A DNA stretch of 64,000 bases from Eledone cirrhosa (lineage: Eukaryota). Positions 54,430 through 64,000 of the stretch are shown one piece after another. A program made the translations under genes and the position numbers. Positions within the stretch are counted from its first letter, which is position 1; each line of letters begins with the position of its first letter. The stretch lies in assembly GCA_964016885.1 (NCBI GenBank), contig OZ024745.1, positions 96,100,001-96,164,000 on the forward strand. The letters run 5' to 3'. Under the pieces are notes generated by a model. It was given only the letters and a program-made list of their open reading frames with translations. It searched no databases and was not told the DNA's origin.

Positions 54430-55144
54430 GACAAAAGTATCATATATTTACATTCAGTTATGCAAGTAATGAAATAGTACTGTAGTTATATATTTGTATC
54501 TTTTGGCTAGTTTATATGCTGCAAGTAGCGTAATATGTCCTGTACAAAATTATGTATTGAACAATGTTTTGAATAGCAAAAACAAAAAAAAAAATGTTTC
54601 AATTTCTGTAAACCAGGGAAAATGGCCTTAACATGCCTGTTTGTGTTATTTGTTTGTATCAGGGAGATAATAGAAAAATTGAAGTAGCTCCAACTGCATA
54701 TCCAAACCGAGTCACAACTGCAATTCATGGTATGGATCATGAGATCTCTTAGATGGGAAATTATCCTTATATGGGCATAAAATTCAAGATTTTTTAAAAG
54801 TGAAATGGTTGGAAATTAGAGAATGCAGTGAACCAATGATATTTAATGACATTGAAATGAGATTTTATCTAACTGTGAAATGAAATTTTGTTATAGATTT
54901 ATATGGTTGAAAGTTTCCAATTATATTACAAAACACATTCTTTGAGAACTTATAATAATGATTTTTTATTATTTAGTTTCAGGTATAATCAAAGACATTC
55001 CAGTCATGATAATTAAATTTTATTCCTATATCCAAGACTATATTGTCCAATGTGTTCTATTCATTAATATGGTAGGTCTAATTTTAGAGTGATTTGGCTG
55101 CTATTTTTAGCAGGTCAACCAATTGCATAATTATCTTTCCATAA

Positions 55145-55640
55145 TTCATCATCATCACCGTTTTACGTCCATTCTTCCACGCTAGCATGGATTAGACGGG
55201 TTGTCCTGTTGTGGGCAGTGTCTGGTCGGCTAACCATGCCTTGCTCATACAGGAACTGATTTGGCTTGATTTCTACAGCTGGATGCCCTTCCTAACACCA
55301 ACCTCATTTACAGTGAGTGCTGGGTGCTTTTTCGTGGCGCCTACACGTCCACTTTACAGTGTGGGCTGGGTGCTTTTTTGCCGTGGCACCTCCACGACCA
55401 CCTTGCAGTGGGTGTGGGGGCATATTGTCTATATGCTTCAGCTTGTACTCATGGGAGGTCGGGTACTCTGAATTACTGCGTGACGTCAGAGGTCACGGTC
55501 GTGTGTCATCACCTTTGAGAGGTGTAATTGGGTAAGGTCGGCTTTTATCACCTCATCCCAGGTCATCTTGGGTCTCTCCACTCCGCGGTTTCCATCGACT
55601 TCTAGTGCTCTGCACCTTTTTATGCAGCTGTCATCCTTGC
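55145..55640 (-). mobile_element. RTE LINE 3' end: ORF C-terminus, 3'UTR and (ATG)n tail
   Basis: KDDSCIKRCRALEVDG..RPKMTWDEVIKADL is homologous to 30740-30900; followed by the GGAAGGGCATCCAG tail. Confidence 0.75.
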
Positions 55641-57771
55641 ATAATAATGGTTTTTGATTTAGGCACAAGGCCAACAATTTTAGGGAAGGCGGGAAGTCGA
55701 TTAAATTGACCCCAGTACATTATTGGTACTTTATTTTATCGACCCCATAAGGATGAAAGGCAAATCAGACCATAAAGGGCCATAACTCTTTGCGACAAAG
55801 CATGGTGTGAAATTTGTTCAGGTACAAAGTCAATTTTTGAAAGGGAGAAGTTATATTTGATTAAATCAAACAAATCATTATATATTTATTGTTGGTAGCC
55901 ATTTTATTAGATGCTTTTCACACAAAATCCTTGACATCAGGTGGGATGACGTCATCACCAACACAACAAAGAAGTTCATCAATGAACCTACCAACAACAT
56001 CATGTGCAAGTGTCGACTTGGCTGGTTAGGACATCACACAACTCCTAAGTAAGAGACATGCTAATCAGGTCATGTATTGGTACCCCAACAGATCAATCTG
56101 GCAAAATGGGGATATTTAAAGGATGAGGACATTGTGTGTGACGGCGGCATCAAACCACAGACTACACACACCTCCTGATATGCCCCTTACTGGAACACCA
56201 CTGCACAGCATTGGACTTGGCAGAGTTTAATGAAAAAGGACAGCAATGTGTTCAGCTGTGGCCAAGCTTTGTAGCTGACACTCTTGTGGACACGATAAGA
56301 AGAACCCCCATGGAGATCCCAAGATGAATTGGCAGCAGACAATTGACTGGGACCTGAAACTCGTCAACAAAAGTTGGTTCAATGTTTTGGTAGATGCAAC
56401 TGACCATGGTCATTGGAGCACTTTGGCTGCCTCATACATCTCAAGACATGGGAGCTCCTAAATTTGAATAAGCAGGTTATTTTACCAACACTTAAAATTG
56501 AACACTGTTGATGTCTCACTGCTACCATGACTACCAACGTTATTTTTCCAAACTCAAGAAAGCATTTAATTATACGTTTGAAAATAGAGGCAACGGCAAG
56601 CAGTTCCAACTAGATCCAGTCAACAAAATCTCCATACGGCTTAAATACACAAGGCCCCGATATCCAAGGAGCTAAATATCAACAGATGCAGATGGTCTCC
56701 TTAGAATGTAAGAAGTTAAGGGCCGAAACATTTACATGAGGGGGTTTCTTCTTGGAAGACCCACTGCTGTCCAGCTCTCCTGAAAATATTTTACCATTAA
56801 AGTTGAGCCCCTTGGTGATATTTTAGCTCAGAACATGGAGGAAGTGACTTACAACTATAAATCATTTAATTTGGTACATAACCAAGCTACTAATTATATG
56901 AATATTTTGTCATTCATTAAATATTGTACATAACAGTGTTCTTCTCACTAACATAATATATTAGACAGATGATAATGTGATGCAGTAATGCACCAGCTTC
57001 AGTACTCTGGCATTAAAAAGAGGGAGGTAGGTGTAAAAGCTGAACTCCCAATCTTGTTTGTGCCAACCCAAATATAGTCATGAATTTTGGGTAATGAAAG
57101 AATATGATAATGAATATAAGCAGCTGAAATGGGGTTCCTTTGAAGGGTCTTTGGAGTAATGTTATTTAATAGAGTGTAGTTTGGAGATCAGAGTAACTAC
57201 TTCTCTGAAGTATGAGATCCCAGCTCTGATAGTATGGATATGTGGTCAGAATGTCTCAGGAAAGAATTGCAAGGCAGATTTTATGGGTAAAACCCGAGCA
57301 AGATGATTGGATAACATCAACAATCATGGCTGGTCTCACTTGGGGATCTAGCCAGATCAATTGGAGATAGTTACTTCTGACAGGACCTGCTGGACGGTGT
57401 GACTGAGTACTTTGCTCCCACGACCCTCCAAGGAAGAAGGCGGAAAAGACAAAGATGAAGGAGAAGAATTAAAAATTGAGGAAACAAAAGTTTGCTTTGA
57501 TGCCTTAAATGTTATATTGAATTATTTCCCTTTATTTACACTTTTCTTTTAAGAGTATCAAAGCTTGGAGATCAACTAAGAGTGTAGGCTTTGTATGTGG
57601 CTGATGCACAGGAACATTAAGCAACAGGAGCTCACAGGAAAAAAGCCTATCAAATGCTCAGATGGCTCCCTAGAGGTAATTGACAGCTTCAATTACCTGG
57701 TGGGACGAACATGACTTTTTAGCCCTTCCAAGGACTTAGATTCCTTTCTGCATATGCTACAGTGATGAATA

Positions 57772-58098
57772 TTATTCCCACTTTGATCTCATTTTGTTTT
57801 GGTGAACTTTCAAATGATGTTGGAGTCCATCAATCAAGGCACAATATTGTCTACACTTCTGGCAGGAAGAAATGCCAAAGAGACCATAATTAGCAACATT
57901 TTGTACATGGCTTCTCTGGTGACTTCTAAGACCAGCTTTATTGAAGCAAAGCCTGCCATACTCACTGCACACAAATTTGATTTGAACATCCAAAAATCTA
58001 GGTAAAGCAGTATCATGCAGACCCTTATGCAGACCACTCTTCAATTTTTCATGCTCCACATGAGATTTTTCAAATTCTTGTTTTCCTTTAAACTCCAA
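57772..58098 (-). mobile_element. LINE C-terminal fragment with degenerate C2H2 fingers
   Basis: FVCSEYGRLCFNKAGLRSHQRSH, typical of RTE-like ORF ends. Confidence 0.5.
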
Positions 58099-58519
58099 GA
58101 TGATTGATACAAGGCAATATCTTCCAAGTTATCTTCTCTCAATTTATCAAAGCTCTTTTGATGCCGTTTTTATATGTATATATACATACATACACAGGGT
58201 CATTTATTATAATCATCATTTAATGCCTGGTTTCCCTGCTAGCAAGGGTGTGACTATGAATGAAATCCTCTTTACAATGTCTAGATACAATGTTCATATA
58301 AAGCTAATTGAATGAATAAGAGAGAGACACCATATTATTAGTGTAGATAAGATCTTACAACTAAATCAAGGTTATTTGAATTTATTGTGAAGTAAACCTT
58401 CTGATTGCTATAATAAAAGTGGATTATATATTCTAAGAAGAAATATACAATCTATTCACAGATCATGATGTCATTATGAAGATATTGTGATTTATGCAGT
58501 ATTTAGCAGATATTACATA

Positions 58520-58606
58520 TAGTCAGCAAAGACACACAGCACACATTACACCTGGCAAAGATACACACACACACACACTACATTATATCTGGCATAGGTA
58601 CAGACA

Positions 58607-58659
<53 letters not shown>

Positions 58660-58799
58660 CATCTAGCAAAGACACACATACACATTACATTAAATCTGGC
58701 AAAGACACACACTATATTATATTTGGCAAAGACACACATACATACATTACATTACATCTGGCAAAGACAGCACACATACATTATATTTGGCAAAGACAG

Positions 58800-58830
<31 letters not shown>

Positions 58831-58910
58831 GCACATTACATTTGGTATAGACACACACCCACATACACATTACATTAAATCTGGCAAAGACAGATACACA
58901 CACACACACA
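58520..58910. repeat. Minisatellite of acattacatctggcaaagac(ac)n units
   Basis: About 9 degenerate units; flanked by diverged direct repeats at 58438-58505 and 58918-58985. Confidence 0.8.
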
Positions 58911-60010
58911 TTCTAACAAGAAATATATAATCTGCTCACAGACCATGATATCCTTATGATAATATTATGATCTGTGCAGTATTTAATAAATACTATATTA
59001 TATTTAGTAAAGACACAAACACATCACAACTGGCTGACACACACATAACAAATACACATATATACCTTCATGTTTAGATATACAAAAGTGTGCACTATAT
59101 ATATGGTTGGGTTTATTTGTGTAAAGTCAATGATTCACTCCATATCTACAAGAGGGTCTATGCATGTGTGTGGTTGATCAAGGTTTTCACACACACACAC
59201 ACATATATAGCAATTATAAACTACAACTACCTTTGATATATAACTCAAACTTTTTACACAACAAAGGCCTGTGCATTTCCCTTAAATAATTTTAAATATT
59301 TATTTGACTATCCATCCCTGAAGCTATGTAAGTACACACACAAACACGTGTGTGTGTGTGTGTGCGTGCGCGTGCGTGTGTGTTTCTATCTAGTTTATTT
59401 TAACATATGCTAATCCAGAAATAAACAGCTGAGCATGGAAGACTAAATATACCCTTTTAAATAAGAAATAAGCCTCGATATTTTGAAGATTAGTAATTGA
59501 TGCAGTTATAACGTTGGAACTATAAAAAGCATCCAGTTTAAGCTATAAAGTGGTTGATGAGAGTGGCATCCAGCTGTAAAAACAATGCCAAAATAGTAGC
59601 ATACATAGTCACAGAGTTGACAGATAAAGGACATGTGGAAGTAGGTTCCATCTACTAAATTCATCTACAAGGCCTTGGATGACTTAAAACAATAGTAGAA
59701 GACATTTACCAAAGGTATTACACAGTAGGACAGAACCTGAAACTGTGTGGTTCAAAAAAGTGAACTTCTCAACCACACAGCTATGCCTGCACATACATAA
59801 TCATATTAAAACATAAACACATATACAACTATACCAATACCAACACACAGATACATTGTTCAATCAATGGAACCACCTAGATATCAAATTAGTATCTAAA
59901 GCAACTGAGTATTCCACAAATGTGTATGTTTATCATAATTCTCCAGTTTCATTAACAAATCTTCAGTATTTTCATTCTATGGAAAAATATATCATGTAAA
60001 TACAATTTAA

Positions 60011-60231
60011 CACTTTAACCATTTAAACCTGCCATATCCGGCCAGAATTCTTTCACCTCTTTTTGTTCAAACTGGCTGTAACTGGCCACTCATACTGATG
60101 TTAAGGTATTGTTCTCAAAATAAATAATATCAAAATCTCATAGATTCGATATTATGTGACATAATTATGAGGTAAAGCCTTTACTATGAAAATATAACAG
60201 TATATATAAGAGTAATGTAAATGCTAAAGGG
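60011..60231. mobile_element. piggyBac-type MITE
   Basis: Homologous to 50062-50263; TTAA flanks. Confidence 0.7.
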
Positions 60232-61169
60232 TTAATAAAAAAACAAACAAATTAGATTGAGAAGCAAGAATGAAATGTAAAATAAGAAAATACTTAAAAA
60301 ATGGAAAAGGAAGGGAAAGGCAAGGGCTCTAGTGTCACAGAAGAATGGTGAGGGGGGGTGATTGGGCTCTAGGTCTAGGGTGTGGCAGTTGATCTCAGAT
60401 GATAAAAGTCAAACAAGCTAAGCACTTGGATCAAGCCAAGGACTTTATGGAGGCAGAGCAAATTTCTTAAAAAATCGTCTATGCCTGTTTTAAGAGAAGT
60501 GAATGAAGTGTCAGTTTAAAATGAAACCATTGAAAAATTTCTTAACTACAGATTTCAAACTATTTAATTAATAATAAAATATTTCAGCCAAAAAACTGTG
60601 ACCAATAATTCGTAAATATGATAGAGTATGCCTAAAAATGATGACACTGAAAATGATATCTTGCAATGGTACACAAATTGACATTTGGGCTGTCAAAACT
60701 GACAGAATTTTTCTAACATATTTTATCGGTCCACTGAATGTTTTAATGATAATTTTAAAAATTTCATATAAAATGATGACAGTATATTTACATTTTTTTT
60801 TTTTTTACAAAACATTGAGAGATTGGCAATGACAACATGGCAGAGTCATTTTTGCACTTCAAAAACACACAAGATCCGTTAACTTTACTTTATATTTATC
60901 AGTTATTTCGTGGTGTCAACATTTTTGTCAAACTATTTGCAATCTGGTTACAGATGAAGTTCTACTGCAACAAATCTGATACAGTTATTTGACAGTTTTT
61001 ATGGGCCTCAGGAACTGTGAGTTATATATTTGTACACACATACAAACACATATTAGTACACACATATGTATAAGCACACATGCACACACATCTCTCTCTC
61101 GTTTTAGATGTATTATGTTAGGGAAACATTATCCAATGTATTCTTAATGTTTTATATATATATTTAAAA

Positions 61170-61274
61170 AAGGAAAAGAATGACTTCACTTGTAGTTCTA
61201 AATTTAATTTAATTTAATATTATAATTTTACAATTTGGTTGTTTAGAACTACAAGTGAAGTCATTCTTTTCCTT
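61170..61274. repeat. Perfect 33-bp inverted repeat with 39-bp AT-rich spacer
   Basis: 61170-61202 is the reverse complement of 61242-61274. Confidence 0.85.
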
Positions 61275-62637
61275 GTTTTAAATATACTTAACTGTGTGTG
61301 TGTGTACACGTACACACACACACAGTGAAGGCACGTGGCTGAGTGGTTAGAGAATAACACCAACCACATTTACATGTGTGTGTGTGCATGCATACAGACA
61401 GACACAAATACATGCATATATATAAACTTGTTGGATCTTTGGTAGTTCCAACAATGAGTGTTCCAGTTGTTTGACCAATGGAGCAGCCTCCTCATGAAGT
61501 TAATAAGCAACTGGTTGAGTATTCCAAACACATGTGTACCTTTAATGGAATTCTCAGAGAGATTTAGTGTGACACAGAACAATAAAACTGGAAACCATAT
61601 TTAATTATTTGTCCTGTAGATGGTGAAAAAGTTGGAATGTAGCAAAGGGTAATCCTTGAGAGGGGGTAGGGCATAACAGGCTTCTCCAAATTGCTCTGTC
61701 CTCTACTTCAATCCCTCATCCACCCTCATCTCAATTTTAACCATGTATTTTTTGGTCTGTCTCCTCTTCTGCTGTCTTCTAAATTTCTTTTCATTACTCT
61801 TTTTACCCTATCACTTTCATCCTTCCTTAACACATGACCGAGCCATCTCATTCCATTTCACTTCACATCATTCACTACATGCTTTATTCCCATCATTCTC
61901 TGCAATTTATTATTTCTTTTTCTCTCTCCTTCAGTGATACTCTGTTCCTCAACAGAACCATTCATATTTCCATTCTTACAACAGTAACATTGTTGGGGAC
62001 TAAAATTGAATACTTCCTTATAATTAAAGGACTACTTATATATCGACAGTCGCTCAACTTTCGTCAAATCAGACCAAGGAAACAATGTTTCCGTTGGTCT
62101 TTCCAATTGCTAATACTATCTATCAGTCACAACTCTAGGAAGAAGGAGCAACATGAAATAAAGTGTTTTGCTCAAGGACATAGAATCCTGGTCCAGGAAT
62201 CGAACTCACAACCTCACGATTACGAATCCAATTCTCTAACCACTGAGCCACATACCTTCAAATACTTAAATTTATATATATGCACTCTTGTTTCTGTAAT
62301 TTATTAAAACCAAAGCAGGTGTTGAACAATTACAGCATTTTTCTATAGAAAGTTTTCGAGGAAGTGCAGACAATTTTTTACTTATCCTTGTATACATATA
62401 GATAAATAATAGTTTCTGAATTAGGCACAAGGCCAGCAATTTTAGGGGAGGAGAGAGTGCATTACTCGTGCATTATTTTATCGATCCCAAAAGAATGAAA
62501 GGCAAAGCAAACTTCGGTGGGATTTGAACTCAGAATGTAAAGACATGTAACTATGTCACAAAGCATATTGTCCGATGCTTTACTGATACTGCCAATCCAA
62601 CACCCTCAAATAGATGAATAATAAAAATATAACTTAC

Positions 62638-62721
62638 ATCTGATACAGTATATGCACCAGGATTCATAAAGCTGGTCAGATCAATGTGCATTTTTCGTTC
62701 ATTTGATGAAATATTGATTTT
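62638..62721 (-). CDS. CLCN7: ClC-7 H+/Cl- antiporter, third-from-last coding exon (start of CBS2)
   Basis: ttttcag acceptor and GAT|gtaagt donor; 84 bp, phase 0; encodes KINISSNERKMHIDLTSFMNPGAYTVSD, resembling the ClC-7 DLxxFMNPxPYTV motif. Confidence 0.88.
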
Positions 62722-63184
62722 CTGAAAATCAAAATATAATAGATAATTAAATATCAATGCTATAACTTTTATAGATTTGTTTTTATACAATTATAACAAG
62801 ATATCCTCTTCTGTATATTTACTCAAATCAATACAAGGAGCAATGAAAATTTAAACATAATATATGTCAAATGGAAAAGATGCTGGCTTTAAAACCCATA
62901 GTTTAAAAGTTTAAACCCTGTCAAAATCCCTGAGTAGTGTTTCACCCTTTAGCATTCAAACCAGTTGTATCTGGTCAGAATTCTCTCACCTCTTTCTGTT
63001 CAAACAGGCTGTAACTGGCTACTAGATAACTGAGGTGAAAGAAAGGGAGTAATAGGAGAGAGAGAGATGAGGTAGGAAGAGATTGAACGATGATGATAAT
63101 GATTTCATATCCCGCAGATATTAACTTTGCATTTCATCCTTTCGCGATCGGATAAAATAGAGCGCCAATCAAATACTTTTAATT

Positions 63185-63229
<45 letters not shown>

Positions 63230-63825
63230 CACATACTTAAATATGGAATGTTACACGATGGGACCCCGCCACAGCCCCGGCAGACAGGATGGAGAAGGCA
63301 TTTCCCCGGAGGATGGCAAGGGAGATGCGCTGAAAAAGCCACTCTATCTCGCGGGGTTCACACCTGCAGCTAGCCAGCTCAGCGCCTATGGTGGTGAGTA
63401 AGGAGGTAGCCCTAGGGCCGAGGACATCAGAAGTCTCCACTGCCAGAGGTACAACCGCAAACCTGTCGGAGAATGACTGGTATTTGAGGAGTTTGGCCAC
63501 CTCAGCTCGACATGCAGCAGAACCTGGGTTAGTCGCAGACTGCACCAGCTTGCAGCTGCAGAAAGTGTTGGTGCAAGTAGCACCCCAGACGAGGGGTTTG
63601 CCACCGCGGAACAGGAAGATGGTCATGCCATCTGGCCTTTTGCCGTCCCCTCGGTCCAGCCCCACCGGCTCGAGCTGGGAAGGGTAGCCCGCAGCATGCT
63701 GGGAAGGGCAGCATGGCATGGAAGGCAGCCAGTACTGTGGCGACAGGAAAGTGGGTGGAGGCCGAAAGAGTCCACGGTGGATCCACAGCGACATTGGTGT
63801 GGCTCGCAGATCCGGAGGCCGAGAT
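63230..63825 (-). mobile_element. CRE-clade RLE LINE 3' fragment
   Basis: ORF 63237-63794 contains DGKRPDG, AE..K..KY, VPLAVET and LFQRISLAILRGNA; GC-rich; ends next to (TA)n. Confidence 0.8.
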
Positions 63826-64000
63826 TGATCTTAATATATTGTTCTCAAAATAAATAATATCAAAATTTCATAGATTTGATATTATGTGAGATATTATGTG
63901 AGATAAAGCCTTTACTGCAAAAATACAATAGTAAATATAGAGTAATGTAAATGTTAAAGGGTTAAAATCCATTGTTTAAAAGTTTAAACCCTGTCAACAT

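Overview
AT-rich animal genomic DNA, crowded with microsatellites and transposons. The repeat landscape suggests a cephalopod such as Octopus, but this is inference. One host gene is recognisable: the last three coding exons of a ClC-7 (CLCN7-like) chloride/proton antiporter on the minus strand (62638-62721, 50290-50370, 47662-47712). Two of these exons are absent from the ORF track. The rest is mostly decayed mobile DNA: three copies of a Tx1/L1-clade LINE, a near-full-length R4/Dong LINE plus fragments, two Penelope-like elements carrying hammerhead ribozyme motifs, RTE, CRE and CR1-like LINE fragments, several tRNA-derived SINE families, and mariner, hAT and piggyBac-type MITEs. The most notable observations are: (1) an (AAT)n-associated retroelement hotspot in which the commonest SINE shares its 3' end with the Tx1 LINE, a candidate LINE-SINE partnership; (2) three type-I hammerhead motifs; (3) repeated fold-back or inverted duplications, up to 1.1-kb arms, at Penelope 5' junctions and (TA)n tracts; (4) an RTE copy with twin-priming geometry. 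Alignments and folds were done by eye, and repeat boundaries are approximate.
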